Below, piece by piece: positions 1 through 13,900 of a stretch of DNA of 64,000 bases. The notes under the pieces were generated by a model. It had not been told where the DNA came from and did not search any database. It saw only the letters and a list, made by a program, of their open reading frames with translations. Origin of the DNA: Felis catus (taxonomy: Eukaryota). The stretch spans positions 148,988,001 through 149,052,000 of the forward strand of contig NC_058368.1 of the NCBI RefSeq assembly GCF_018350175.1. Direction: 5' to 3'. The position numbers and the translations under genes were made by a program. How positions within the stretch are numbered: position 1 is the first letter of the stretch; the number at the start of each line of letters is the position of its first letter.

Positions 1-415
1 ACACACACACACACACACATATACAATGGAGTATTACTCGGCAGTCAAAAAGAATGAAATCTTGCCATTTGCAAGTACATGGATGGAATTGGAGGGTATT
101 ATACTAAGCGAAATTAGTCAGTCATGGAAAGGCAAAAATCATATGATTTCACTCATATGAGGACTTTAAGAGACAAAACAGATGAACATAAGGGAAAGAG
201 AACAAAAATAATATAAAAACAGGGAGGGGGACAAAACAGAAGAGACTCTCAAATATGAAGAACAAACAGAGGGTTACTGGAGGGGTTGTAGGAGGGGGGA
301 TGGGCTAAATGAGTAAAGGGCATTAAGGAATCTACTCCTGAATTCATTGTTGCAGTATATGCTAACTAACTTGGACATAAATTTAAAAAAAATTAAAAAT
401 GAAATTAAAAAAAAA
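1..415 (+). mobile_element. LINE-1 3' end (ORF2 tail, 3'UTR, A-rich tail), carnivore/felid type; runs off window start
   Basis: L1 motif aaaaagaatgaaatcttgccatttgca...tggatggaattggagggtattat, G-rich 3'UTR tract, A-rich tail ending near 415; (CA)n at 1-18. Confidence 0.93.
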
Positions 416-690
416 CTATTCTAGTGAAATTGGAGTTAAACTATTCACTGCAATCCCCCTTGTTACCGAAAGAAAACTTATATATTGGTAAACTTTGAAA
501 GAGTGCAGCCAGTGAACACTAAAATAAGCCTTTAAATATAGCAGCTGTAAAATAAATAAGAACATAAGTAAAAGTCACAAGCAACTCTATCTTCCCCCAC
601 TGTGATCATCCTTTTAGGTCATTTGTCTTCAACACTAATGAGTTATTATCAAAATTCACATGGTACCACATCCATACTTCTATTAACATA

Positions 691-1174
691 AAGGCATAGC
701 TTGTTTTATTGTCCTTTGCTTTGTTATGCTTCACAGATACTAAATTTTTACAAATTGAGGTTGTGGCAAGTCTGCTTGAAGTAAGGATTTCGATGTCATT
801 TTCCAACAGCATTTGCTCACTTCATGTCTGTCCCACATTTTGGTAATTCTCATGAAATTTCAGAATTTTTCATTATTGTTATATTTGTTATGGTGATCTA
901 TTATCAGTGATTATAACTCACTAATAGCTCAGATGATGGTTAGTATTTTTTAGCAATAAAGTATTTTTCAATTTAGGTGTATACGTTGTGTTTTTTTACA
1001 ATATAATGCTATGTTTAATATAGCTAATAGTATACTTAATGGAGTATAGTATAGTGTGAACATAACTTTTATATGCACCGGGAAATCAAGAAATTCTTTC
1101 GATTTATTTGGTTGTGATAATCACTTTATTGCAGTGGTTTGGAGTAGAACTTACAATATCCCCAAGGACGCCTG
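691..1174 (+). mobile_element. Tigger1-derived non-autonomous DNA transposon (internal deletion derivative, Tigger1a_Car-like)
   Basis: TA|aaggcatagcttgttttattg start and aatatccccaaggacgcctg|TA end resemble Tigger1 terminal inverted repeats with TA TSD; both terminal blocks match Tigger1 ends; no transposase ORF. Confidence 0.88.
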
Positions 1175-1265
1175 TATGGACCATGTTACTCAAAAACCAT
1201 ACAGACTTTAATAGGACAAGTATAATGTTTTATATTTCCATTTAAAAGTAAAAGTAATCTACCCA

Positions 1266-1472
1266 GGGGCACCTGGGTAGATCAGATGGTTAAGCATTTG
1301 ACTCTTGATTTCAGCTCAGGTCATGATCTCACTGTTTGGTGACATCGAGTCCCGCTATGGGCTCTGTGCTGAAAGCGCAGAGCTTGTTTAGGATTTTCTC
1401 TCTCCTCTCTCTCTACTTCTCCTCCCTTCTCTTTCTTTCTCTCTCTCTCAAAATAAATTAAAAAAAACATTT
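1266..1472 (+). mobile_element. Can-SINE (older SINEC)
   Basis: ggggcacctgggt head, gactcttgatttcagctcaggtcatgatctc, (CT)n tract, A-rich tail. Confidence 0.92.
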
Positions 1473-1789
1473 TAAAGAGTAAAAATATATTTGTTTTTAT
1501 TTTAAAAGCAGCATGCAATCATTGAAGAATATCTGGAAATGCTGAAAATATCAGTTGGCAAATAAAAAAGTTGTTTATAATCTACCATTATTAATATTTT
1601 GATGCATTAACTTCTTGTCAATTTCATAGGAATGGTTAAATAAATGCCAATAATTCCTTCAAATGGAGAACACAAAACTTATAATGAAATTTTATAGTCA
1701 TGTATTGAAAGTCACCCTTCCATTTCAGTCCTTACAGAAAACTTTTTGTTCTTCAGAAGATACAGGTAACAGTGTTTTTTCTTTCTTAT

Positions 1790-1900
1790 CCTCACAAGTA
1801 GAATGTGATTTCTATGTCTCATACACTGCTGTATCTTCAGTATATAGAACAGTGACTGGATGATAGAGTGTTCTCAATAAATACTTGTAAATTCATGAAT
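1790..1900 (+). mobile_element. L2 3'-end fragment
   Basis: actgctgtatcttcagtatatagaacagtgactgg...tgttctcaataaatacttgtaaattcatgaatg resembles L2 terminus. Confidence 0.55.
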
Positions 1901-4190
1901 GGGATATATTAAGGAGAATTGAGCAATGCATTGATTCCTAGTAACATCTGAACAAATGAATCATACTCCTTTCAGCAAGATGAAAAAGTTGTGTCCTGTC
2001 ACAGAGTTGGTTTTGTAAACACATTGATTGAATTATTTGACTAATGGGGGCAAAGAAGAGTGATAACATATCAAATAGAAAGTGAGTGATAGATAGGCCA
2101 AAAGGTTAGATGCAGACAGACAAAGGATCTAGTAAAATAGAAAAAGCCAGACAATTAGCTGGGGGTAAAGTGAAATTTATGTTTAGATTGGCTCATTTGT
2201 CATGAACACAAAGGAGACCAGAGAGCCAAGCTGAGAAGCTGGAAACTAAAATAGATATTGAAAGGGAATGACAGAATAGAGATAGAATAGAGTATAAATC
2301 TCAGATGTTCAATTAATATACAAGCAATGGTACACATAAGGCACATGCACATCTGAACTGTTTTGACCAAAGAGAACATGCCATGTTTTTCTTTAGCTAT
2401 GTGACACATTCAAAACCTGAATCCATTGAGATAGCAGAGAATATAACAGAAGGAATTTTAAATTGAAGCTTTTCATTTCTCCAAATATTTTTAAATTAAC
2501 TTATAAATGATAATAATGATAATGATGACATAAATTTAGATACCCAGTGCTACTTACAATTTACTGTCTGGTGCCCACTGTTAGAGAATTAATCTTATTA
2601 AAATTATTCATTGTGTTGTGCAAATTTGTCACCTGTGTTTTAGTCTTCTGATTGTATTTTTGCCCTTTATGTTAATACAAAATGCTTCTTACACATGTTA
2701 AGTATTAAAATATCTAATAATAACTACCTTAACTCATAATGAATTAGATAATTGCCAGAATAAACATCTGGTAAACCCCCTCATCTCATTCCTCGAATAA
2801 TATATCTAACAATACTCAGGGGTCTTGTTATTATATTCTGTGTTTTAGCTTTTCACAATTAACTAGAAAATATCACACCAAAACATACACAACATTCCAT
2901 GTGTATACCTATAACTAAGCTATTAGATCCCTTAATCTGAATACTGCATTTATATGTTCTTACATGATATTTTATAATATGTACCTTATACTCTTATATT
3001 TTATCATTCTGTTAGTTTGGCAAGAAGTATTGATATAAGCATTGTTGAAAGCTTTTTCACTTGAACATTTTTTGTGTGGCTAAATTTTGAAATGCAAACA
3101 AAATTCTGAATTTAATCTCAAAATTATCATATTGGTCTGTTATAGTACCTCTAATATGCAGTTCTATCATTCAACATATTAAGTATACACTCACTTTTAT
3201 ATCTGCAAATCTCATAACACCCAAGAATACTTACTGTTCAATAAAGACAACATTGTACTTAGTGAAGAGTACTTACCTAATATAATTAATAACTACCATA
3301 GATGTCCATCAGTGTGAAAATTAAGGACATAAAAGAAAAACAGAAACACACACCAAGACTTCTGGTTACACAATATACAAAGACCACTTAACTCAGAGAG
3401 CAGTTTTTTTCTACAACAGAAAAGATAAAACTTACAAGCAACAAATTTACCCATTGCACTGGCCACTCAGTGCAAAAAGAGATTTCTTTCTAAGAATCTG
3501 TATTCATTGTGAAGGAAAGAAGAAATCTTCGAACAGAACTGAGGAAACAGACTGAAGTTACAACTGTTCATCAATTCAGAATTAGTTTATAAATATATAA
3601 AATGGATTTATATATTAAAGAATATATAAATATGGATAACTATTGTTTAGAAAAAAATTGCAGAATATTTCATATATAATATACTTGGAAAGCACAAATA
3701 TTCATTTAACAAATGTGTACTGGCTATCTACTCTGTGCTGGTCAGCCATTGTTCTGGACTCGAGGATAGAAGTGTAAACGAGCAGATAAGGTCCGGACAG
3801 CAAAGACCAGTTGGAGAGGAAATTTAATTAATGGAAGGGGAAGAAAAGTTTACTTATATGAGTCATATCAACTGAAGTAAGCAAGAACAGTTTTTACATA
3901 AAATGGGAACCTACAGTTTTAACATACATGCTAAAGAATGTGATTGATAATGTTAAAAAAACAAACAAACAAAAAACAACTAAAAGCCTGAGTAGCTAAG
4001 TGGATATCTCTGAAGACTAAAATAGAAAATTAAAACAAAAAGACAAGTGATTCTTAAAGAATGAAGTATGAAAAAGACCAAATGATAAATGTTATTATGA
4101 CGTGGTTTTTTTTGGCATTTTTAAATTTGGCTTTTGTGTACAAGAAAAAATACAAAGAAGTAACTGTGGTTTTAAAAATAGTATTTGACT

Positions 4191-4405
4191 GGGGTGCCTG
4201 GGTGGCTTAGTCTGTTGAGCATCTGACTTCAGCTCAGGTCATGATCTCTCACTCTCTGGGTTCGAACCCTGAGTCGGGCCCTGTGCTGCCAGCTCAGAGC
4301 CTGGAGCCTGCTTCAGATTCTGTGTCTCCCTCTCTCTCTCTGCCCCTCCCCCACTCATACTCTGTCTCTCTCTCTGTCAAAAATAAATAAACATTAAAAA
4401 AAATT
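4191..4405 (+). mobile_element. Can-SINE (SINEC_Fc type)
   Basis: Full head/body/(CT)n/A tail; perfect 17-bp TSD aaaaatagtatttgact at 4174-4190 and 4406-4422. Confidence 0.97.
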
Positions 4406-4907
4406 AAAAATAGTATTTGACTATTAAATCACCAGTGCAAAAGTCAATTTTTCTGTAGTCAACTTATATTTATTTCATATAAAATATCTAAAATGATAAA
4501 TTTGAAGTATTTTATAATTCAGTTAAATTATCTTTTTTATATTTTAAGCTGGTTCTAAAATATAATAGATTTTACTTCATCTTTGCTGATTATTATATAA
4601 AACCTTATAGAAGTAATTATTTCTTATAATTTCAACAAGCAAACTTAAGACAGTGACTCTTAAGGATTTTCAAATGTGCACTTATTAATAAGATTAGTAA
4701 AATTTAATTCAAAAGTTAAATTTAATTCACAGATCTAAATTAATTATATATTGTACATTTCAATTAGAATCATAACTCTAATTTACTTTATACACTAATA
4801 AGCCAAATCTCATAAATATAGGCATGTAAAATGCAAAGTATAAAGCAATTATTTTTAAACCTAATACACAAAATAAAGCAACATTAGGTTTTATACTTAT
4901 TTCATCA

Positions 4908-5185
4908 TTTGATTTTTATTGAGATTTTATTGAGATATAATATAATAATATTATATTAGTTTCAAGAATACCACATAATTATATGACATATGTATATATT
5001 GAGGAAGGACCAGTACAGTAAGTCTTGTTAACATTTATCACATGGTTATAGTATTTTTTTCTTCTGATGGGAACTTTTAAGATCTGTTCTCTTAGGCACT
5101 TTGAAATATATAATACAGTATTACTAACTATAATCACCAGGTTTCCCATTACATACTTGAGACTAATTTTTTTGTAACTAGAAGT
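4908..5185 (-). mobile_element. LINE-1 3'UTR fragment (older carnivore/L1MA-like)
   Basis: ttttattgagatataat...gaacttttaagatct...aatacagtattactaactata is the reverse complement of an L1 3' end. Confidence 0.75.
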
Positions 5186-5739
5186 TATAAATTACTTTAA
5201 TAATTAGTACTAAGTTTTCCAAAACTTAATTTTATCTTCCCATAGGAATTTCTCTTAATTCCTGAGCAAATTGTGGGTTTCCTTTTCAGCTGGTTGGGAA
5301 CTTACAATGATGAAACAAGCACTGTTCAGGGCTCTAACCTGAAACTCTGATGAGACACCTAAACACTATTTTTAGTCATTATTGCCAGAAATCGAAAACT
5401 TAAAGTGTGACAGGGATTAAACCCATATATTAGGTTTAAGTAATACCTTAATCACCTTTTTACCATAAGTAATACCTATGTAACTAACAGAAATCTACAA
5501 ACTTTACTTAATTTGTAGATACTTTTTTAAAATTGTTTCAGTTAGCGTGTGCCTTTGGCTATACAAAACATTTCAGTGTCAATCTAATGGATTCTGCATA
5601 ACTTAAAGCTCTAATTCTGTGTTTAGATTTTTATTTAATTGATGACAATGTTACAGAAGAGGAATGATAAATTCAGAAGTTTGATGTCTATCCATTATAA
5701 AGTTTAAAAGTAGAGAATAGAGAGAAAACATAGAAATTG

Positions 5740-5971
5740 TTTTTATTTTTTATTTATTTATTTTTTTAAATGTTTATTTATTTTGAGACAGAGAGAGACA
5801 AAGCATGAATGGGGGAGGAGCAGAGAGAGAGAGGGAGACACAGAATCTGAAGCAGGCTCCAGGCTCTGAGCTGTCAGCACAGAGCCTATGCAGGGCTCGA
5901 ACTCACGTACCATGAGATCGTGACCTGAGCCGAAGTCAGCCGCTTAACTGATTGAGCCACCCAGGCGCCCC
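5740..5971 (-). mobile_element. Can-SINE (SINEC_Fc type)
   Basis: T-rich tail, gagggagacacagaatctgaagcaggctcc, ends gagccacccaggcgcccc; flanked by agaaatt on both sides. Confidence 0.96.
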
Positions 5972-6029
5972 AGAAATTTTTAAAAGCAAAAATTAATTGA
6001 AAAATTCTTGCGCATAAGAAACTTGGAAA

Positions 6030-8010
6030 AATACAATAGCACCAAAAATAAGAAGATACCTAGGAATAAACCTAACCAAAGAGGTAAAAGACCTCTACTC
6101 TGAAACCATAAAATACTGATGAAAGAAATTGAAGATGACACATGTAAATAGAAAAAACATTCCATGTTCATGGATTGGAAGAACAATTATTATTAAAATG
6201 TCTACACTACCCAAAGCAATCTACATATTAAATGCAAGATAGGGGCGCCTGGGTGGCTCAGTCGGTTAAGCAGCCGACTTCGGCTCAGGTCATGATCTCA
6301 CGGTCCGTGAGTTCAAGCCCTGAGTGGGCTCTGTGCTGACAGCTCAGAGCCTGGAGCCTGTTTCAGATTCTGTGTCTCCCTCTCTCTGGCCCTCCCCTGT
6401 TCATGCTCTGTCTCTCTCTGTCTCAAAAATAAATAAACGTTAAAAAAAATTAAATGCAAGATAACACCATTATTTTCCACAGAGCAAGAACAACAATTCT
6501 AAAATTTGTATGGAATCACAGAGACCCTGAATAGCCAAAGCAACCTAAAGAGTAAAACAAAGTGGGAGGCATCCCAATTCTGGACTTCAAGTTCTATTAC
6601 AAAGCTTTGGTAATCAAAACAGTATGGTACTAACACACAAAAAAATGGACACATAGATCAATAGAACAGAATAGAAAACACAGAAATCAACCCACAACTA
6701 TATATCCTACTAATCTTCAACAAAGTAGGAAAGAATATTCAGTTGGAAAAAAGCAGTCTTTTCAGCAAATGGTGTTGGGAAAACTGGACAGCAACATGTA
6801 AAAGAAATGGGACCACTTTCTTACACAATACACAAATATAAACTCGGAATAAATGAAAAACCTAAATGTGAGGCAGGAAACACCAAAATTCCTAAAGGAG
6901 AACACAGGCAGGGACCTCTTTGACCTTGGCATAGCAAATTCTTACTAGATATGTCTCTTGAGGCAAGGGAAACAAAAGTAAAAATAATCTTTTGGGACCA
7001 CATCAAGATACAAAGCTTCCACACAGCAAAGGAAACAATCAACAAAACTAAAAGGCAACCTACAGAATGGGAGAAGATATTTGCAAATGACATATCTGAT
7101 AAAGGGTTAGTATCCAAAATGTATAAGGAATCTATAAAACTCAACACCCAAAAAACAAATAACCCAATGAAAAAAAAATGGGCAGAGGACATGAACAGGC
7201 ATTTTTCCAAAGAAGACATCTAGATAGCCAAGAGACACATGAAAAAATGTTCATCCTCATTTACCACCAGGGAAATGCAAATCAAAACTACAATGAGATA
7301 TCACCTCACATTTGTCAAATGGCTAAACTCAACAACACCAGAAACAACAGGTGTTGGCAAAGATGTGGAGAAAAAGGAACCTTCATGCACTGTTGATAGG
7401 AATGCAAACTGGTGCAACCACTATGGAAAATAGCATGGAGGTTCCTCAAGAAGTTAAAAATAGAACTACATTAGGATCCATTAATCACATTACTATTTAT
7501 TTACCCAAAGTATACAAAAACACTACTTCAAAGGGATACATGAACCCCTATGTTTATAGTAGCATTATTTATAATAGTCTAGATCTGGAAGCAGCCCATG
7601 AACGAGGAAGATGTGGTTTATATAAATTTCACTCAGCTATAAAAGAGAATGAAGTCTTATCATTTGCAATGACATGGATGGAGTTAGAGAGTATAATGCT
7701 AAGCAAAATAAGTCATAGAAAGACAAATACCATATGATTTCACTTATGTGGAATGAAGAAACAAAACAAATGAGCAAAGGGAAGACACAGAGAAACAAAC
7801 CAAGAAAAATACTATTAATTATAGAGAGCACACTGATGGTTACCAGAGGGAAGGTAGGTAGGAGGTTGGGTTAAATAGGTGTTGGAGATTAAGGAGTATA
7901 CTTGTGATAAGCCCTGGTGATGTACAGAATTGTTGAATCACTGTATTGTACACCTGAAACTAATATTACACTGTATGTTAACTGGAATTAAAATAAAAAT
8001 TAAAAAATAA
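6030..8010 (+). mobile_element. 5'-truncated LINE-1 (ORF2 C-terminal part + 3'UTR), disrupted; contains nested SINE
   Basis: ORF fragments KETINKTKRQPTEWEKIFANDISDKGLVSK and EMQIKTTMRYHLT are L1 ORF2p C-terminal motifs; A-rich tail near 7990-8010; degenerate TSD aagaaacttggaaa / aggaaagttggaaa. Confidence 0.96.
6242..6448 (+). mobile_element. Can-SINE (SINEC_Fc) nested in L1
   Basis: Canonical head ggggcgcctgggtggctcagtcggttaagc; perfect 15-bp TSD attaaatgcaagata (6227-6241, 6449-6463). Confidence 0.97.
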
Positions 8011-8071
8011 GGAAAGTTGGAAAGTGCCCACTGAGTGACATACATAATTAAAAATTAAAAAGGCATGCCCT

Positions 8072-8211
8072 GGGGCACCTGGGTGAGTTAGTTGGTTAAG
8101 CGGTTAAGCATCAGACTCTTGATCTCACAGTCATGATCGCACAGTTCGTTGCATCAAGCCCTGTGTCAGGAACTGCACTGACACCACAGAGCCTGCTTGA
8201 GATTCTCTGTC

Positions 8212-8286
<75 letters not shown>

Positions 8287-8330
8287 CCCCTGTCCTCCCT
8301 CTTTCTCTCTAAATAAAATAAACTTTTTTT
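8072..8330 (+). mobile_element. Can-SINE with expanded (CT)n(GT)n microsatellite
   Basis: SINE head and tail; TSD aaaaggca(t/g)gccct. Confidence 0.94.
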
Positions 8331-10169
8331 AAAAAAGGCAGGCCCTTAGACACATTCCAGTGAAATGCATAAATTCCTAGATAAAGAGAAAAATACCACA
8401 ATGAGATAAAAGAAGAAAAAAAGAGAATGTCAACCACAAAAATGGAATGACATGGTTGCCATATTTCTTATTGCACATGAGAGGAAAATCCAATGGATCA
8501 ATTTATTCACACCCATTTGCTCATTTCAAACAAAAAATATGTGTTGAGTGTCATCTATACACTAGGCACTTTTGTAAGTAATATGGATATGAAAATGATG
8601 ATGAGAAAAAAGCCGCAACCATTAATAAGTTTACATGCTACACAGACATTAAAATTAAACATATACACACATGCATGCCCACACACCATGCACAGCTCCA
8701 CTTTCCTTTCTACTTAGGAAATGTATAGTCCTATCTTCGTCTAATGAGAGAACGATTTATAAAAAATAATTTGACTTTGAAAATAAGCTTCAAGAAAGAA
8801 ATTTCCAGTTCTTATATTTTGCCTTATGGAACCAAAGTGTATATAATTGCATTAGTGCTGCAGGCAAAATTGCTACAAGCATGATCTGTTTTTCTTATAA
8901 TGTAACTGTGTCTGCAGAACCAAGCAAAGGTTCTGGTAGGGAAATTGTTGATCAAGACTTAGGTTTTGTTGTGTTGTTATGTTGATTGTTTTTACTCCTT
9001 TTTAAAAAGAAGGAAGATTCAAATTCATACGAACATAATCAGTTGACTGAACGTTTCACTGAATAACATTGACATGATATCAAAAGGATCCTACTGCAAC
9101 AACTCATACCTTCTCTATACAAATAGGAAGTTTCTACTGTATGAAATTAATGGTATTATTCTTAATTCTAGTGTACTTATTTTGTTTTGATATATCCTTA
9201 GACATATTTTCATTGGCGAAGAACCATTTCATAACACTTCACATAAGGAGATTCCGTTATTTTGATTCTAAGTTGATTTGATTCAGCCCCATGTACTTAT
9301 AGCCCTTACTGTTTTACAGTTATATAATATTGTTGCTGTTTATATGAACAAAAATAATTTTTTCCTGTTATAAGTTTGATTTTGTGCCACTGATAATAAG
9401 AAGAAATGGAATTTTTTGTTGCATGTTGTCTCCATGTTTTCAGACTAGACTATGTAGAATACATGATGGAGAACAAACCTTTTAAACTCAGAAGATGGGT
9501 GCAAACATTTTTTGAAAGATGTCATTAAGTTGTATTTCCCAGTTTTTTCACGAATATGATACAAATAATAATCATATACACATAAAGCATTTTATTCAAT
9601 AGCTAGTATAAAATTATGTATGTGTTATATATATTAAACATTATGTCTATATATAAACACAACACATTTGCCTGCTCAAAAAATCTAGTTATAAGAGAAA
9701 TTATGGTCATCATTTGATGTGAAAAGCAGAACAATGTAAAACAAGTTGATATTCTAGAGAATTATGGTTTACTTTAATCAGTGCCAAATCATGTATTAGG
9801 TTATTGGATTGTTGCTGAAGAACATTAAGTTAAGGAAAATAGAAAGAACCGGAGCCAAGAGATCAGCATTAAGCTGTGTCATTGAATTCTAAGTGTCTGC
9901 ACAAGTAATCCAGAAAATATACCATGGACTTATCTTGTCACATGTTCCCTAGGAAAAATCATTAAAATTGAGGAGCAGTTAGTGCATCCCTCAGAAGAAT
10001 ATGTTTATAATAAAAACTAGTACCTGCTTGGTTTCCTTAATATGTGTGCAGTTAAGTGCCCCTGTATCTGTTTCTGGTTTGCCCTATATCTTGTGAAATT
10101 ATTACAAATGTAGAAATGTACAAAATATGATTTAAAATACAATGAAAATTACTCAACCAAAAGTTGTTG

Positions 10170-10392
10170 TGGTGCCTAAGTGGCTCAGCCAATTAACTGT
10201 TCGACTCCTGATTTCAGCTCAGTGAATGATCTCACAGTTCATGAGATGGAGCCCCAGGTTAGAGCTCTGTGCTGACTGTGTGGAGACTACTTGAGAGTCT
10301 CTCTTTTCCTCTCTGTCTCTCTGCTCATTCCCTGCTCACATGCACGCGCTCTCTCTTTCTCAAAATAAAAATAAATAAATACTAAAAACAAA
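10170..10392 (+). mobile_element. Can-SINE (older)
   Basis: ggtgcctaagtggctcagc head, (CT)-rich tract, A tail; aaaagttgt on both sides. Confidence 0.92.
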
Positions 10393-11660
10393 AAAAAGTT
10401 GTATTTCTAATACTTTAACCAGTTGCAGAAAGCCACGTTATATAAAATAATAGGCATCTCTTCTTTTTTCATATTTTCTTGTGTTTATTATCTATATTCT
10501 CTTTTATAACAATTCAGATTGCTCACCAATAGGTCCTTAAATAAAAATAATTTACATAAAGAATGGTTTATCAGTATAAAGAATTAGTTGTATTAAGGAG
10601 CAGTTGAGCCTCTTTTGGACATTAATTTTGTGTACATCACGAGCTAAGGCATGATTTTTAAACAAACCTTTGTGACGAGATTGTCTTGATAAGTGATGCT
10701 GGATGTGACATGGCTATTAGGTTGGAGTACTAATTCCTAATAAAACCACTTTAGGTGTATTTTCAACCATCTCTGTACAGAGGAGTCATCTTTTTGGAGA
10801 CTATATGTATGTTGAATTATTGTGTATAAAATTAATAACAGTAATGGAATCAAAGACATTTAGAATAAAACTCTGTCACAAAACCTATGTGCAAAAATCT
10901 CTCTAAATCCATTTACATTTATTTGATATAAAAGTCTAGCAATTGTTAGTTAATACTGACTGCAATAGAAAATCATAATCTTAGGAAAAATCCTAGTGAT
11001 GGGAACTTCCAAAATATAATTCAATCTACTATGTCTTACAAAAATGTATAAAGAATTGCTCAGGTTATCACTTCATTTTTTTTTTAACAAGAGTATGGTT
11101 TTGGTTTAGTACCCACAAAAGTACATGGAAAAAAAGAGAGGATCGGAGTACATTATTAGCATAATTCAAGTAAAGAAATGTCAAATATAACACAAGTGTT
11201 TATTTTAATGGAAAATTTACTTGGTATTCTAGAGTCTTATAAAGCTATGAGAAAAGGGGTAAACACTCCATTGTTTTCCCAACTTTACTTAATTGTGATA
11301 GTCTCCAATAGTTTCCAGAAAATGATTTTTAGGCCATTATCTTAAGCATAATCTACCACTGATCAGCCATCTGGAAAGCAGGGTATGTCATATGCGTCAT
11401 ATGAAGAGCTCCAGGTGAAAGCAATGTCATTCCTCTAGATCACCTTCCCTGATTCTAAAATGTTATGTGTTATCATCATGCACTATTTTTCTTTGAAGAT
11501 GTGCCCTACAGCAAAAGAACTATCAACTCTATTTATTTAGCTGTTATTTAAACACTCATTTTCTTTACATCTTTAGTAGATGGAGAATTATAAAATAAAT
11601 AAATCACTTAGGATTTGAGGATCTGAAAGTTTAAATACTTTTAATGCATTTAATTTTAAA

Positions 11661-11860
11661 AATTTTTAATGTTTATTTATTTTTGAGAGACAGAGCATAA
11701 GCAGGGGAGGGGCAGAGAGAGAGGGAGACACAGCATCTAAAGCAGGCTCCAGGATCTGAGTGTCAGCACAGAGCCCTACAAGGGCCTGGAACGCACGAAC
11801 CGTGAGATCACGACCTGAGCCAAAGTTGGACGCTCAACTGACTGAGCCACCCAGGTGCCC
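11661..11860 (-). mobile_element. Can-SINE (SINEC_Fc type)
   Basis: Reverse-complement SINE; TSD tg(c/a)atttaattttaaa. Confidence 0.96.
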
Positions 11861-13629
11861 TGAATTTAATTTTAAAGATGGAATCAACACAAAGTTGTGG
11901 GGAGAAGATATGAGAACACCAAAATAGAAAATATAATGTTCATTCTCCATTTTTCATCTCTCCCCTCCCCCCATATTTTATATTTGACCTGCCACCATGC
12001 TGTGCTGGATAACTAGGGAGATTTGAAGGAAAACAGTAAAGGTGAAAAATAAAAAGGAAAGTAGAAGGCAGGAGGAAGGAAGCTGAGGGAAAAGATGAGA
12101 AAATTAACAAGTTGGAGAGTAAGATAAAGAAAACATGTCAGAAGAAATATTTAGGCCTTGGTTAATAAAGAGTATTCCAATAATTATATATGCATATATA
12201 AGAATACAGACTTTTAAAACCTTTTTACATGCTATTATGTAACAATACATAGCAGATTTAGAAGCAATTAAAGTCCAACCAGGAAATAAAATTTCTTAGG
12301 TAAATAAAAACCAGATAAATTGATTGTTTACTCTTTAGGAAATTTTTGTTTGTGTGATAAGGTATGAAAAGGCAAGCAAAAGAAAGTGAAGTATCGTTAA
12401 AGGAATATTCATGTTGAAAGAAAAACCATTCCTTAGTTAAGTCTAATCATCAGCAAGGACAGTGTCTTCCCTAGATAAGAATTTTTAAATGGAATTATTT
12501 AATTAATGGCACACTAGTTTTTCACTTTTAATAAAAAGTTAATCGCTTTGGAAAGAGGGTAAACAATTTTTATTGAACCTTTTGCACACTATGAAATTAA
12601 AATGGCAGAACCAGCTTAATGCCAAATAGTGACAAACTGATCACCAAATCAAATTTGTTTTAGTCTTCCTTTTGTAGCACCAGGTTATTTTTGTGAATCA
12701 TTCTTTAATAAAGTTCCAATTACAACTGTAAATTCTGTTTTAATTAAAAACAATGAACTTACTCAGACATAGACTACACTACAAAGTATGTAGCATCATG
12801 ATTTAAAAAACCAAAAATAAATATGTCAGGAAGCCTTTATTCAATTGACTCCAGTCTGATCAAGAAGCAAAATGTTTCTAAATTTATATAACCCCTTATA
12901 TTCTGTTAAATTTGGAATAATACATTTTCTAACTATTAATTCATGTTTTAAAGGAGTTAAGAATATTTTAATTTTTTCTTATCCTAAAATAGACAACAAC
13001 AACTCAAGAAAGAAAGAAAATTTTAATAATTTGCTGAGAGTTGCTTGAACATTGAGTAAATTAAAAAATAAACCAATCTGCAAAATGTTGAATTTTAATC
13101 AGGCAAGGGAGATAACAGTTATCCTAACTAGAAGAATCATGCTAATTTTGCATTGTTTCTCAAATAAGTAGATGCCAGGTATTCATCACTCTTCATGTGA
13201 CACATTCTCTAGTGACCCTTACTAGAAGACCCTTGCTAGAAGAAATAAGATTGAAGGCTTTTCTAGATATATATATTTTCCTGAAATAGAATGTTTTGAA
13301 ACCTCTCCATACATATTAGGAGTCCATAGTATCATTTTTATATAGATACAAATATAAATGTATATTTAAGTTCAAAGACACAAAAATATGAACCCCCTAC
13401 TTTATGAGAAATGGATTGACGTATATTTAGTAACTGACTAAATCATGAAGTGGTGCAAAATGTTATGAAATGTTTGATCCTCAGAGCAAAAATCTTCTAG
13501 CTTTTATAATTTTTAAAATTCACCATTTCATTTCTTGATGGTGTCACTAATCAAATAGTGAACTGGCAAAATATACCTAGGTGGTGTGGTATCTATGAAC
13601 AATTACATGCTCCTACATTAAGAAATTGA

Positions 13630-13808
13630 GGGACACCTGGGTGGCTCAGTCCATGAAGCATCCAACTCTTGATTGCAGCTCAGGCCATGATCTCATGGTT
13701 GTGAGATCCAGTCCTGTGTCAGGCTCTGCCCTGGGCATGGAACCTACTTAAGAGTCTCTCTCTTTCCCTCTGCCTCTTCCCACTCACAAATGCAGTCTCT
13801 CTCCCTCC

Positions 13809-13848
<40 letters not shown>

Positions 13849-13900
13849 GAGGAGGAAGAGGTGGAGGAGGAGAAATTAAGCAAGAAGAAGGAAAAGGACA
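13630..13900 (+). mobile_element. Can-SINE with long (CT)n and atypical GA-rich tail
   Basis: gggacacctgggtggctcagtc head; (CT)n 13798-13848; purine-rich tail; aagaaatt(g/a)ag flanks. Confidence 0.92.

Noticed and set aside
4191..4270. tRNA-like A/B box sequences in SINE heads
   Set aside because: tRNA-derived SINE promoters, not tRNA genes
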